Shown: positions 23,532 to 37,951 of the stretch, piece by piece
How the letters are laid out: each line of letters opens with the position of its first letter
How positions within the stretch are numbered: the stretch's first letter is position 1
Assembly (NCBI GenBank): GCA_043228905.1
Contig: JBHGNT010000006.1
Location: 7,874,001 to 7,938,000 of the forward strand
Source: Azolla caroliniana
Taxonomy: Eukaryota > Plantae > Polypodiophyta
Length of the DNA stretch: 64,000 nt
Reading direction: 5' to 3'
Made by a program: the position numbers and the translations under genes
The notes under the pieces: model-generated
Told to the model about the DNA's origin: nothing
Databases searched by the model: none
The model's input: the letters and a program-made list of their open reading frames with translations, nothing else

Positions 23532-26500
23532 ACGCAAGGTTTTTAAAGGTATATTAACAAAGGAGAAAGACTCAACAATATACAAGGTGGGAGGAGGGTG
23601 CTTTATGTAGTCACCCTCTCTCTTCATTAACTACAAGGCTCATGGAGCATGGGGAATGTGAAAGCTCATAAGTTATGTGTCATAGAATATGATTCTATGA
23701 CTCATACTAAATGCTAGAATACAAAGTGGTGACATAATGGTGACTCTTGACCGTTGAGGTGTCTCTTCACTCTCAAGGTGAGTTCACACACTAGACCAAG
23801 TTGAGCTTGATTCTCAACACGCCCCCTCAAGCTCAAGTCGGGTCGGTTTCAGACGGTATCCGAAATCCGCTTCAACTTGTGTTCTGGAGTCCGCGTCAAC
23901 TCGTGTCGACTCGCATGTATGCGGAGTTGCAGAATCCGTGCTCCAGCTTGCGTTGTGCGTAGTTACGAAGTCAGTGCTTCAGCTTGCGTGCGTAATTGCG
24001 GCCTGTGCTTCGGCTTGCGTCTTTCTTCGCGGATTTGTTGCGTGGTTGCGGAATACATGCGTTATTGCGTAGTGCCTTCAGTACTCCCCCTCAAGCTTGG
24101 CAGGTCAGGGATCGTCAATCCGAGATCGGTCATGAATTGCCATAGCTTGTCTGCTCCTAAGGCTTTAGTGAAGATGTCAGCCGTTTGAAGATTGGTGCTA
24201 ATGTGTTGTAGGTCGACATCACCAGCTAGAACGCGCTCTCGGATGAAGTGATAGTGCACTTCGATGTGCTTTGTCCGCGCGTGGAACACCGGGTTCCGAG
24301 CCAGATAAATACTGCTCATGTTGTCGCAGTAAAGGGGAGTCGGATCCTTGATGGGAACGCCCAAATCCTTCAAAATCCTCTTAAGCCATACGGCTTCACA
24401 TGTAGCTATGGCTGTGCCCCTATATTCTGCCTCTGTACTCGAAAGAGCGACAGTAGGCTGCTTCTTGCTACTCCAGGATATTGCTCCGCTGCCGAGGGAG
24501 AAAACAAATCCGGAGGTTGATCTTCTATCGGCTTTGTAGCCGGCCCAATCAGCGTCTGTGTACCCCTTGAGTCGTATTGGCATTGCGGTTTTGTAGAGGA
24601 TGCCGCAATCCATTGTGCCGCTCACGTATCGTAGAACTCGCTTAGCGCAATCCAAGTGAGTATCACGCGGTGTTTGCATGAATTGGCTAAGGAGACCGAC
24701 CGGATAACTCAGATCAGGTCGTGTGATTGTGAGGTAGATGAGACTCCCGATGAGTTGCCGATACTGAGTCAGCTCACACGCTTTGGTGCCGGAGTTCGCA
24801 TCTAGTTTGAGATTACGATTGAGCGGGGTTGCCATGGATTTGCACTCAGCCATCCCGAACTTGTATAACAAGTTGAGGATGTAGTGCCGTTGAGAGATCA
24901 TGATTCCGGCCGGAGTCCGAATTACCTCGATGCCGGGGAAGTAGTGGAGCTCCTTCATGTCCGTCATCTCGAACTTGTCAGAAAGGAGGGATTTGACTTT
25001 ATTGATTTCGACGAGATGCTCACCTCCAATGACTAGGTCATCCACATATAAAATGATGACGATCCGACTTGCGGAATCACTTCGTATGTAGAGGGAGTTG
25101 TCCGATTTTGACATACGGAAGCCGATTTGATGAAGATATTGCATTATCTTCGAATGCCAAGCACGTGGTGTTTGCTTGAGGCCGTAGAGAGGCTTCTTGA
25201 GTCGGCAAACAACTTTCGGATGGGTGCTCGAGTTGAAGCCGGGTGGTTGTATCATGTACACCTCCTCTTCTAATTCACCTTGTAGAAAGGCGTTCTTGAC
25301 GTCCATTTGATGGAGGTGCCACCCTTTCGCCGTGGCAAGCGCAATTACGGTCCGCACCGTTGTCATCTTTGCCACCGGGGCAAAGGTCTCTTCGTAGTCG
25401 ACGCCATGCGTCTGAGCGTATCCTTTCGCTATGAGTCGAGCTTTGTAGCGGTTTACGGAGCCATCGGCGTTATACTTCACCTTGTAGATCCATCTGCATC
25501 CGATCGCCTTTTTGTGTGGTTAGGTGGGAATGAGATCCCACGTCTCGTTCTTCCGTAGTGCCTGCATCTCCTCGTTCATTGCTTCGATCCATCGCGGGTC
25601 CTTCGCGGCTTCGAAAAAGGTTTCCGGCTCCCGTACTGTTGCTACCTTCATCATAAAGGCGTAATGGTACGCCATATAATCGTTGTAGCCGAATCGGCTT
25701 ACGAGGTTCTTTTCACGAGTGGATCGGCGGAGCTTTTCATTTGCAGAGATGAGGGCTTTCTTTGCTCCGATTGGTACCTCGAAACCGCCGAACTCACTGT
25801 CGAGTGAGTGAGTTGACTCATTGTCGGTGAAGCGATCGTCTTCGTATTCCGCCATTTTCGCCTTGCCTTTGTCCATCTTTGGGCTAGGCCGTGATGTGCT
25901 TTGATCGCTCAAAGGCTCTTGTGGTCCGCTCAGTCGGGTCGTGATCGGACTTTCTTCGAACATGCGCGTAAGATGATCTTCATCCTCTATCTCTTATTCG
26001 GTGGATTCTGGGTCGAGCGGAGTCGGAGGCGAAGTTGTCTCTGGTGCGTACCAAGATGCGGACTCGTCAAAGACGACGTCTCAAATTGATTTTCGAGTTG
26101 AGGGGTTGTAGCACTTGTACCCCTTTTGCTCAAATGAGTATCCTACGAGGATACATTTCTCCGACTTCGGGTCGAGCTTTTGACGCTTCTCGTCGGGGAT
26201 GTGCACGTACGCAATGGAGCCGAATATCCGAACATGTGATAGGTTCGGCTTCTTTCCGAAGAATCTTTCGTGCGGAGTGACCTTGTGCACGCCGGATGTT
26301 GTGCACCAGTTCATCAGGTAGACGGCCGTATTTGCCGCTTCGGCCCAATATGACTTGGGCATGTGCTTCTCGTTCATCATGGCCCGCGCTACTTCGAGGA
26401 TGTGCCGATTTTTGCACTCGGCTACTCCGTTTTGTTACGGAGTGTGTCGACAAGTGAATTCTCGTCGAATTCCTTCCTTTCGGAGATATGTCGTGAAATC

Positions 26501-28566
26501 GTCTGAGAAGTACTCCTTGCCGCCATCCGATCGAAGGCCTCGTACATGTCGACCCGTGGCTTTCTCGACTTCATTCTTGAAATTTTGGAAGTGTCCGAAC
26601 ACTTCGCTCTTTTGCTGCATCGGGTAGATCCAAGTGTGCCTAGAAAAGTCATCGATGAAGAGCACGGAATATCGGCATCCGCCGAATGTCGCCGTTTGGG
26701 CCAGACCCCATACATCGGAATGAAAAATTACGTCGAGTATGCCTTTGCTCACATTCCGCTCCTTCGGGAATGGGTGTCGGTGTTGCTTGCCGAATTGGCA
26801 CGCTTCGCATACACCTTCAATCTCCTTCTCTTTGAATGTCGGGAGTTCGATGACGACTCCTTTCGACTTCATTGCTTTGAGTTTGTTGAGATTGATGTGG
26901 CCGATTCGCTTATGCCATAGATCTATGTCGGAGTCGGCTTTCGTGCTTTTCGTGAACATGGCGGATTTCATCTCGTGCGAATCGAGAATGAACATCCGGC
27001 CCTCTCTTCTTCCGCCTGCGATGATTCGGCCTTCTTTTTCGATGAAGCACCCTTCTTGGTCGAATCGTACTTGCATCCCTTGCTCAACCATTTGGCCAAC
27101 CGAGAACAAATTCTTTGTGATGGTGGATACATGCAAGAAATTTTTAATGTATGTTTGCTTACCTCTTTCGCCAAACGGAACATTGCCGATGTGCCAAATC
27201 GGGTGTGTAGTGTCATCTCCGGTTTCGACATAACCGGGTCGCTCTGGCTCTCGAAGTTCGAGAAACCATTCTTTATGGGATGTCATATGGTTTGAGGCTC
27301 CGGAGTCTACAAACCATACGTCCTCCGGATTGAGGGCACTAGTTGAGGTAGAGGCCGACATAGAGTTTGCTCTATGTTTCATCATGAACATTCCGCCATG
27401 GTCGGAGTTGCGTGTATACATTCCGCCATGATCTTCGTAGTCGGAGTTGTTCCCGTACATTCCGCTATACTCTTCGTAGTCGGAATTGTGTGCGTAATTC
27501 GTGAGTTGTCGGCTTGTGGAAGCCAATTCACGCATCTTCTTTCGGCACTCTTCTTCGTGGTGGCCGAGCTTTCCGCAATATCCGCATTCAATTGCGTTTT
27601 GACGGCTCGGGCCGGAGTGGAAGCTCCCCCTTCTTGTGAAGGTTCCACGTTGGCCTCCGTTTTGCGGCCGAAATTGGGAGTTGTTGTTTTAGGTCGAACC
27701 TCGTCCGCCTTGTCCTTGGCCGAATCGGCCTCTCGCTCGTCCGCGTCCTCTTCCTCCATTAGAGTGCGTGTAGAGCATGTGACCTTCCGACTCATTGCTC
27801 CTTGTACGCACGTGGTTTTCTTCGACCAATAGCATTGATTGGAGCTCGAAGAAGGAGGGAGATTTCTCCCGTGCTAGAACGGCGGTTCGCATCGCGCCGA
27901 ACCGTGGTGCGAGGCCGCCGAGGCATATTTGCACCATCTCATCATCATCTATACTTACGCTTATTGAGCCGAGCGAGTCGCAAAGCTCCTTGATCTTCAA
28001 GGTGTATGTCGTGATGGACATGTCCCTTTGTTGAATGTTGTTCAACTCTTGGCGGAGTTGAAGCTTCCTCACGGTCGTGTTGGCGGCGAAAATCTTTCGT
28101 AGATTTTCCCACGCTTCCTTTAGCGTCTTGGCTTCTCGAATGTAACCGAGCATGTGGTCTTGGCTTGTGGCTTGCTCCCATGTTGCGTATCCGGGAGCCG
28201 CTTCGGCGGGTCGGTCTTCATGCACTCCTTTGATATAGCTCCAATAGCCTTGTCTGACAAGGTATTCATGCATCTTGTACTCCCAAGATGCGAAGTTGTT
28301 TCGATCAAACTTCTTGGTAGGGAGAGCACTCCCCATTTGAGTATTCATTATGTTGATTCTTCTTCTTCTTCTTCTCTCTTCGAATGCGAGCTATGTAGCG
28401 AAGCTATGATAGCGATGAGCCGATTCTTGGTCGTCGGCGTAGAGCACAACACACGATCACGATGAGGCGAATGGGCTAGATCGAGCTACCAAATCGCTCT
28501 GATACCATGTAAAGAATCAAGAGATGGATTCTTGTGAAGCGGAATGGGTGTGAACTGTGTGTGTGT

Positions 28567-28625
<59 letters not shown>

Positions 28626-28916
28626 TATACGCAAGGTTTTTAAAGGTATATTAACAAAGGAGAAAGACTCAACAATATACAAGGTGGGAGGAGGGTGCTT
28701 TATGTAGTCACCCTCTCTCTTCATTAACTACAAGGCTCATGGAGCATGGGGAATGTGAAAGCTCATAAGTTATGTGTCATAGAATATGATTCTATGACTC
28801 ATACTAAATGCTAGAATACAAAGTGGTGACATAATGGTGACTCTTGACCGTTGAGGTGTCTCTTCACTCTCAAGGTGAGTTCACACACTAGACCAAGTTG
28901 AGCTTGATTCTCAACA
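23389..28916 (-). mobile_element. Ty1/Copia element A, full length
   Basis: LTRs 23389-23819 and 28508-28916; TSD TGTAT; PBS TGGTATCAGAGC (tRNA-iMet) at 28496-28507; PPT at 23820-23832. Confidence 0.95.
24062..28348 (-). pseudogene. Copia A gag-pol polyprotein (gag, PR, IN, RT, RH) with stops and frameshifts
   Basis: WFVDSGASNHM, LWHKRIGH, RSDGGKEY, LYVDD, ADIFTKAL; ORF 24062..25480 is an intact RT-RH segment. Confidence 0.92.
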
Positions 28917-29238
28917 TGTATATTAACATCAATTGGGGCTCGTGGCTGAAAACCATACATCAACATAAACGGACTATATCCAGTCGACGTATGCTTGGAG
29001 CTGTTATAAGCAAACTCCAAAATTGGGAGATAACGTTCCCATTTTATTGGTTTTTCACCAATGTATGCTCGAAGCATGTCCTCAATAATTTGATTTACTC
29101 GTTCTGTCTGTCCATCGGATTGAGGATGATTTGTGGAGCTCATGCTCAACGTAGTTTCTAGCTTCTTAAAGACTTGTGTCTAGAAGTCACTAGTAAACTT
29201 TGGATCTTGATTACTCACGATATCCATCGGTAACCCGT

Positions 29239-31355
29239 TGTCGCGATATTCCGCGTACGTGTGTGAAGAAGAGGAGAGTTAGGAGAGACGGAGGGGTGTG
29301 TAAGGCGTGTGGTATCAAAGTGCACTGGGTACAACCGCTCGGCCGTGATTGAGACAACACACCAGATGATCAACAAACAGAATCCAACAATTGATTAGGT
29401 GACGAGGGAATTACAACCGGCTCAGCCGGTCCAAGTTGCGAACTTAGTGAGCACTCACACACACACAACGAACAACGAAATGCAATGGGAGGGGGAGCCT
29501 CTGCCAGGAGCACATGGGCTTCTTGCGTGAGCAGAGGCGTCCGACCTAGGAGAGAAGAGACAAAGAGTACAGAGAGTATAAAGAACGGTGCTCGGTCTCC
29601 CAGTCCGACAACACTTCGTTCTCCCTTCTAGAAAAAACCCTTTTTCAGCCTACTGTCCCCCCTTTTATAGATCAAGGAGGGAGAGGCCATCATAGAGATT
29701 CAATTGACTAGACTATGTATTTAATTCACCCATATCAAAGTTCTTCCATCATGCCGACCTAGCCTAGTCTTAGATTATGTACAAGTTTAAATACAATGTG
29801 CATGTATCCGTGCACGCGGTTGTGCACACGCTCACATCCCCATTTCACCTTGTAGCCGGTTTTCCTCACGACATCCACCCCCACCAAACCGCACATCCAC
29901 CAATATGTGCCGAAAGAGAGAGAGAAAACCGGTCGTTGTCATTTGTCGTCCTCCGGTCCGGCGACCACCCTGCCTTCGTCCGCCCTTTCTGGGTCGTCAC
30001 TTTCGTTTGCGTACTCCGGTCTGGGTCTGACTCGTCCTCGTATCGCTTCTTGAATCATTTGATCTGCTTTCCCGCAACTGGTACTGTCATCCGTGTTTCG
30101 TCGAGCTCCGCGAGATGGTATGTGCTGTTGTCGTTCGCGCTCGTCACCACATAAGGCCCATACCACCTTCTTGGGAATTTTCGTGTTGCCTTGTGCTGGT
30201 TATCAAGGCTGCTATCGTAAACCAACACCCAATCGCCTTACTTGACCTTCTTTGGTCTCAGCCAGTGAGTCTGGTTGAACCGGTCCTTGTTCTTCTCCCG
30301 TGTCGAGTACAATTTCGCCTTTGCCCGTTCCACATCTTCCGGCCTCCGCTCTAGTTGTAGAATCCGTGTCGTCAATAGCTCCTTTCGGCTCATTTCTTCT
30401 GTCTAGTTGATTGCCGCCCACGATGAGATTGTCCACTCCATTGGCATGATCGGCTTTTGCCCATACATAAGCTCTGCCGGCATAAACCTGATCACCGAAC
30501 TGTGCGTAGTTCGCTCCGCCAGAACGCATAAGGTAAGACTAACGCCTTTACGATTGGCCTGTGTTCACTCTCCACCTTCCCATTCGCTTCAGGATTGTAC
30601 GCCGTAGTGAGAGAGAGATTTACCCCTATCCGATCAAACAACTCTTCAGCTTCCTATGCATCCAGCTCTCCCCGATCAACCACGATTTTCCCTACGCACC
30701 CGTATCGGCAGACCACCTCTTCAATCAAGAACCGGCACACGACTGCGGTCATTTTGTTTTGCAGTGCTCGGGCCTCTACCTTGTTCGTCAGGTCCTCTCG
30801 CACAAGCACTAGGTATCGCATCTGTCCCACTCCCATCAACATCGTTACTAAATCCACCATCCATTTGAAATGGACGGTTGGCGGGTACGTCGGGTGTAGC
30901 TCGTCTCTGTGCCTGATCGCGGAATGCATCTGGTAGCTTTCGCAGGTCGTCACGAATTGATGCGCGTCCCGATACATCCTTGGCCACTAGTATTTCTCCT
31001 TCAGCTTTCCGAATGTGGCCCACTTTCCGCGGTGTCTGGCCCAAGGGCTATCGTGGTATGCCGACAACAACGCCTTCTGCTCTTCCCTTCTTATCACTAT
31101 GCGGAGCGGAATGCTGTTATGCTTCTTCGGGTGCCTCCCTATATACCCATCTTGCAAGAAGAACTGATATGCCTTCTTCCGGATCTTGTTCGCCTCATCC
31201 TTTGTACAAGCCGTATCCGGTGTCAATGTCCTCAAGAATCTGCCGATTCGGAGCCACTCCCCTTCGTACTCATCCTCGTTAAACTCTTTCAGTACCAGAG
31301 CGCTCCCTTCCCTTGCCGCTATGCGAGCCGACCCGAAGAAGTCCACGCCGACTTC
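29239..31355 (-). mobile_element. W-lineage Gypsy copy 2 (3' LTR 29239-29873 plus degenerate integrase), interrupted by Copia B
   Basis: TGTCGCG...CACGACA LTR preceded by CCGT; integrase homologous to W1 (HPTYPPTVHFKWMVDL). Confidence 0.88.
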
Positions 31356-34300
31356 TATCGAGAAATTGATGCAGAACTAGATCACAATAAACGAACTACG
31401 CGCTGAAATACGAATTACAGAAGTAAAATGCTAGAAAGACAAGACAAACAAATGTACACAAAGATTTACGTGGAAACCCTAAAATGGGGAAAACCACAGG
31501 TGAACAGAACTTGACTTATACAAATAGTGGATGTACAACACCAAGAGGAATACAACACTCTGTCAAGTGTATCAGCCGCACATGGCTCTTCGCGTCTGCT
31601 GTTACTCACACAGCTATGGCATGGCTCACACTTCTCTCTCTGTCTCTCTCACGCTATATTGCGCACTATGACTTCTGTACACTGTTACACACAGTTAAAG
31701 TTTTCCCTAGTTACATATATACTTACGCAATTTTTCTGGCTATTTACATACGTAGTCCTCATGGGGTGCACACTCAGACTATTTACAAATATAGTCTCCC
31801 GAGTTGGCTATTTACACGATTCCGGTTTCGGTCTCGGTTGAGTCCCTCATCAACTCGGCTCCTCGACTGTCAGCTTTCCGAACAATCGGATCATCCTCCC
31901 ACTGGAGGGACATATTCCCAACAAACTCCCCCTTCACTCCTGTGGGAGGAAATCTATCAGTCCTATATTTTGTCGACAGACTCTGAGTCTATCCATAGGT
32001 AGGTTCTTCGTCAGCATGTCGGATCCATTGTCATCAGTATGGATCTTTTCGAGAGAAAACTCTCCTTCTTCGACTCTCTCCCGTAACTAGTGATACCTTC
32101 TCTGTATGTGCTTGGTCCGGGAGTGGTATGCCGCGTTCTTGGCTAGGTGTATGGCACTTTGGTTGTCACAATGAAGCAAGAACTCCTATTGCTTCATGCC
32201 TAGTTCGGTGAGAAAATTTCTCATCTAGATCAGCTCTTTTCTGGCTTCTACCGCTGCCATATACTCTGCCTCTGTAGTTGACAAGGCTATAGACTTTTGC
32301 AGTCGTGAGTGCCACGACACTGCTCCCCCTGCATAGGTCATCACGCACCCTGACGTGGATCGGCTCGAGTCGATATCTCCTGACATGTCCGAATTGGTAA
32401 AACCTTCCAGCACAGGTTTTCCGACACCATACCTTAGGCACACCCCCGAGGTGCCCTTTAAGTACCTGAGTATCCATTTCACCGCTGCCCAGTGTTCTCT
32501 CCCTGGATTACTCATATATCGGCTTACTGTTCCCACAACAAATGCTATGTCCGGTCTCGTACAGACCATAGCATACATTAGACTGCCGACGGCTGAGGCA
32601 TATGATACCTTCCTCATCTTGGCCTTCTCCTTCTGTCCCTTCGGACACTGCTTCGCATTTAATCTGCAGTTTGTCGGCAACACGGAGCCGACCAACTTTG
32701 CATTCGACATGTTGAACCTCTCTAGGATTTTCATCACATACTTCTGTTGTGACAACCATAGCACCTTTCGAGCTCTGTCTCGGGTTATGTGCATCCCTAG
32801 GATTTGTTTTGCCGGTCCAAGGTCTTTCATGGAAAATGATTTGCCGAAAGCTTTCTTCAAGCTTCCAATCTTCCTTGCATCTTGGCCGACTATCAACATG
32901 TCATCAACGTATAACAAGAGAATAGAGAAATCTCCTTCTTCGTACCTTTTGACGAACACATAGTGATCGGCCTGTGTTTTTTGGAACCGATGTTCCATCA
33001 TGAAGGACTCAAATTTCTTGTACCATTGGCGTGGAGCTTGTTTCAGTCCGTACTAGCTTTTCCTCAGTCGACACACCAAATTCTCTTTCCCTTTTTCTTC
33101 AAAGCCTTTGGGTTGTTGCATGTAGATTTCTTCTTCTAGCTCCTCGTGCAGAAATGCGGTTTTGACATCCAACTGTTCGATCTCTAGGTCCATGCTGGCC
33201 GCTATGCTCAGAACAGTTCGAATCAATGTCATCTTCACAACTGGTGCGAATAATTCGTCAAAGTCGACGCCCTTCCTCTGTTGGAAACCCTTCACCACTA
33301 TGCGGGCTTTATACCTGGGCTCGCTGTCGACTTCTCCAGTCTTGACCTTGTAGACCTATTTATTCCTGAGTGCTCTTTTACCTTTCGGCAGCTCTACTAG
33401 GTCGTAGGTGTAATTCACGTGCAAGGATTCCATCCCTCTTGCATCGCGTTCAGCCACTTTTCTTTGCTCTCGTCGGCAATGGCTTCTTCATAGCACTCCG
33501 GTTCACCATCATTAGTCAAGAGGATGTATTGACTGGCATATGTAGTCGGTGCCTTCCTTTGTCTGAGTGGGTACCTTCGTCCACTCACTGTTGGCTCTAG
33601 TCCGGATGTCTTTGCCCACTCTTCTCTTTGCTTGGGATTCTACTCGTCAATCGCCATCTCTAGGTTGGATAACTCCAACTCATATTCATCAATTGACTTC
33701 AACAGCTCTGCCGACTCTGACTCATAGTCTGTCGGTCTTTTTGACTCGACCGACTCAGATTCGGCTCTGTCGGCCAGTTGTCTCCTTACAGTTACCGGTG
33801 ACGACACACTTGGCCTTAAGTCGATGGTAGTCGAGGTTGACTGGGGAGTCGGTTCTGACTTCTATTGCTTCCAGTCTTCAATTGTCTTGTCTTCTAGAAA
33901 GACTACATCCCGACTTCTCACTACCTTCTTGTCGACTAAGTCCCACAACCGGTAGCCGAACTCATCTTCCGAGTATCCCATGAATATGCATGCTTTCAAC
34001 TTGCTGTCGAGCTTTGACCTCTGATCCTTTGGTACATGCATATACGCCAAACATCCAAACACCCTCAGGTGTTGGTAGCAGACATCCTTCCCTGTCCACA
34101 CCCTCTGTGGGACATGACCCTTTAGAGGTACCGAGGGAGACCTGTTGATCAGATAGACAACTGTGTACATCACCTCTGCCCAATAGGATTTCGGCAGTTT
34201 CGCATGAGAGAGCATGCTCCTTACTCTCTCCATGATCGTTCGATTCATCCTCTCTGCAAGCCCGTTCAACTCTAGGTCTTTGGCACTGTGTATTCAATCC

Positions 34301-36179
34301 GAATACCTTGGCACTTGTAGTATTCCTTGAACTGCCCTTTGTATTCGCCACCGTTGTCGGTTCGGACAACCTTCAGTTTCTGACCCGACTCTCTTTCGGT
34401 TCTTGCCTGGAAGTCCTTGAAAACCGACAATACTTGATCCTTCGACTTCAATACAAAGGCCCATGTTTTTCGATTATAGTCGTCAATAAACGTTACAAAG
34501 TACTGTCCTTCTCGATGCGATGGAGCATCCACATAACACACATCTGTTTGCACTAGTTCCAGTGCAACTTCTCTTCTCCTTCGTGGTCTTGTGTGGAATG
34601 CCGCCCTGTTCTACTTTCCGGCTAAGCAGTCGACACACTTCTCCCGGTGCACACCCGTGACTTCTGGTAGAAGTTTCTGGTCGGCTAGTAGGTGCATTCC
34701 CTTCTCACTCATGTGGCCTAGCCTCGTATGCCATATTTCCCTTGCCGAGTCGGCTGCCATATTTACTTCCGATTTGCATAGTCAGGCATGCATCATGTAC
34801 AATGTGCCTTCTTTCTGTGCTCGGGCCACTATGAGATTTTCTCGGCAGAACTTCCACTTGCCATTCCGAAAACTACCACTGTAGCCTTCGTCGTCAAGCC
34901 TTCCAGTCGATATCAGATTCAATCTGATATCGGGGACGTGTTGAACATCCTTCAATGTCGGTCGACACCCTGTCGACGTCATTAAGCACACACTTCCGAC
35001 TCCGGTTATCTTGCACTCTCCACTATCACCCATCTTTACATAGCCATGATCCCCAGCTATGTAAGTCGAGAAATACTCTCTCGACGAGTAATGTGGAAGG
35101 ATGCGCTGGAATCAATCACCCAAGTGCACTCTTCGCTTGCAAGATTTGCACTTGTCTGTTCATAGATGAACAGAAGTTCCTCATTGCTCGTAGCAATGGC
35201 CGAAGTGTTCTTTTCATCCAGAATTTTCCGAGGTTCGACATTGTTTCTGACACTCTTGTCTTTTCTCATGTGTCGGCAGTCCTTCTGGAAATGTCCAGGT
35301 TTTCCGCAATAAAAGCACACAAGCTTACCTCTGGACTTCAATCTAGCCTGGGTTTTGTCCGTGTGCTGCGGACTTCTTCTTGACCGGTCCCTTCGTCTAT
35401 CCATATGTTGAGTCAGATTCGACTCCGTTTGGGACATGACTCCTTTGTCTTTCCTCCTTGCCTCCTTGTTTAGGATGCTTGTCTTCACCGTCTGTAAAGA
35501 CAAGTTCTCTTCTTGACAGGAGGTGTTGAGAGTAACCACCAGGTTCTCCCAGCTTTCCGGCAGTGTGCACATCAGCAGGATGGCCTGCATTGCGTCATCC
35601 AGGGGAAACTTGGTCGCTGCAAGTTGATTCACATACCCCATGAAAGTGCTGATGTGTTCGACGATGCTCTCACCGTCTTTGTATTTCAGCCGTATGATTT
35701 TTCTCATCAGTGAGGTTCTGTTTAGCGCGTTCTTCCTCTCGTACAGACTCGACAGCTTCTGCCACATCTCGTGGGCATTCGTGTCATTCGCGACATGCTG
35801 AAGGACACTTACATCGACACATTGTCGGATTGTGGCCACCGCCTTCCTATTAAGAAGCTTCCAGTTCGACTCCAATACCCCCTCGGGTATTTTTGCTATG
35901 TTGATTGGTTCGTACAGGTCTTTGACTATGAGAGGGTCTTCCATCTTGATCTTCCAGTCTGCATAGTTCTGTGAGTTTAGAACTATCATACATGGGAAAC
36001 TGCTCACACCTCCTTCCATGCTTGCACCTCAAGCTTTGATACCAGTTTGTCGAGAAATCGATGCGGAACTAGATCACAATAAACGAACTACGTGCTGAAA
36101 TACGAATTACAGAAGTAAAATGCTAGAAAGACAAGACAAACAGATGTACACAGAGATTTACGTGGAAACCCTAAAACGG
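31356..36179 (-). mobile_element. Ty1/Copia element B (Tnt1/Tork-like); 5' LTR interrupted by W3
   Basis: 3' LTR 31356-31923; partial 5' LTR 36048-36179; PBS TGGTATCAAAGC at 36033-36044; gag 35057..36019 with CFYCGKPGHFQKDC; IN; RT LLYVDDML. Confidence 0.92.
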
Positions 36180-37951
36180 TGCCGCGTTGTTACGCGCGTG
36201 CGTGGAGAACGAGGCGAGACCACGGGGGCCTTGGACCGAGAAATAACCGAATCAGAAGAGGGGAAGGAAACTCCCGATATACTTCACAGCACACATTCAC
36301 AGGAGTAGCAGCTAACTCGGAACAATGGAGACAAAACAAATGTAAATGTATATATATAAGTCAAGGAGTTACAACCGGCGAGTCGGCAAGTGATAGGCTT
36401 CGACGCCTGCACACATACACACACACACACTCAGAACGCGGAATGGAGACTCTGCCGGAAGCACTCGGGCATTCCGCAGAGCAGTGTCAGCCTCCTGAAA
36501 CCTCCACAGAACGACGAAGGAGAAGACAAAGGAGAAGAGCTCGGTTCCAGTCCGGCAACACCTTGTCCTCTACAAAATGCGATATATTTTCCTCCCCTAA
36601 CTCTCCCTCTCTTTTATAACCCAAGGAGGGAGACCGTTACTACCCGTTACATCATGTTTATTCCCTATCCTTTCGGACAGAGATACGCATCGATTTTCCC
36701 CCTAATGAATGCGTGCTACCTAGGATTTCACCTTAGTCGACTTGTACCTATCTGCGTACTATACAACAAAACTTGTGCCCACGTGTAAGGGCCGGTTTAT
36801 GCATGTTATACCTGGTTTCTGCCTCGGGACGGTTTTCTCCACAACATCCGCTCCCACCTAACCGCGCATCCACCGGTATGCGCCAAAATTAGACTCTTGC
36901 CGGAGAAGACCGGCCCACGGTTATCCTTCGTCTTCCGGATCGTCATCCATTCCGAGCTGGTCATTGTCGCTATTCGGGTCCTCTGGGTCCGGTTCAGCCT
37001 CTTGCCGCTTCTTGAACGCTTTGACTCTTTTCCCCACCACCGGTACTGCCATCCTTGTCTCGTCGAGCTCCACGAGATGGTAGGTCCCATTGTCGTTAGC
37101 ACTTGTCACCACATAAGGCTTGAACCACCTTCTTGCAAACTTCCACATTGCCCTGTGCTGGTTGTTGAGGCTGCTGTCATACACTAGAACCCAGTTGCCT
37201 TCCTCGATCTTCTTCGGTCTCAACCGGTGAGTCTGGTCGAACCATCCTTTGTTCTTTACCCTTGCCATCCGTAGCTTCTCCGCGGCTCGGTCCACGTCCT
37301 CCGGTCTTCACTCCAGCTGCTGAATTCATGCCGCTAACAGCTCCTCTCGGCTCATCTCGTCTTTCCAGTCCATCGTGGCCCATGAGGAGATTGTCTGCTC
37401 TGTTGGCATGATCGGCTTCTACCCGTACATTAGCTCCGCCGGCATGAACCCGGTTACCGAACTGTGTGTAGTTCGGTCCGCCCACAACGCTGACGGGAAC
37501 TCAACACTCCTTATGCGCACCGCTCGGCCACAACCGAGCTTAGAATGATGCACAGAAAAAAGGGAAATAAAACACGACACAAAGGAGAGAAAAGGGACAC
37601 AGAATGTTTACGTGGAAAACCCCAAACTAGGGGAAAAACCACGGCAGCCCACTGGCTGCAAACTGTCACTATGTAAGAATGTACAATAGTGAGTTCACTG
37701 AGGCAACAACCCCGTGCTCACAGATCTTCGCCACAGGTGGCGGTTACAACAGAGGCAACGACCTCTTTCTCTCTCTCTCTCTCTCTCTGTACACAGTTAC
37801 GCGTTCTCACTTCTTCTTGCACCAACAAGTGAATGACAACAACACACTAAAAGTTTGCCCTAAGTCATATTTATACTAATATGACTTTTAGGCTATTTAC
37901 AAATATAGCCTCGATGGGCTCTCAGAAACATATTTACGAATATGTCTCTTT

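Larger units (their letters stand above)
22498..29238 (-). mobile_element. Second chromovirus-type Gypsy (3' LTR 22498-22929; integrase remnants 22942-23388 and 28922-29238); remainder displaced by nested insertions
   Basis: TGTTAG...GTAACA LTR followed by PPT (AAAGAGGGGGAGTA on -); KLTPRFYGPF...HPVFHVS; HPQSDGQTERVNQ...EFAYNSS. Confidence 0.8.

Noticed and set aside
23328-23627. ORFs with CVCV/SLSL runs (also 28476-28724, 3692-3967)
   Set aside because: Microsatellite translations in LTRs or UTRs.
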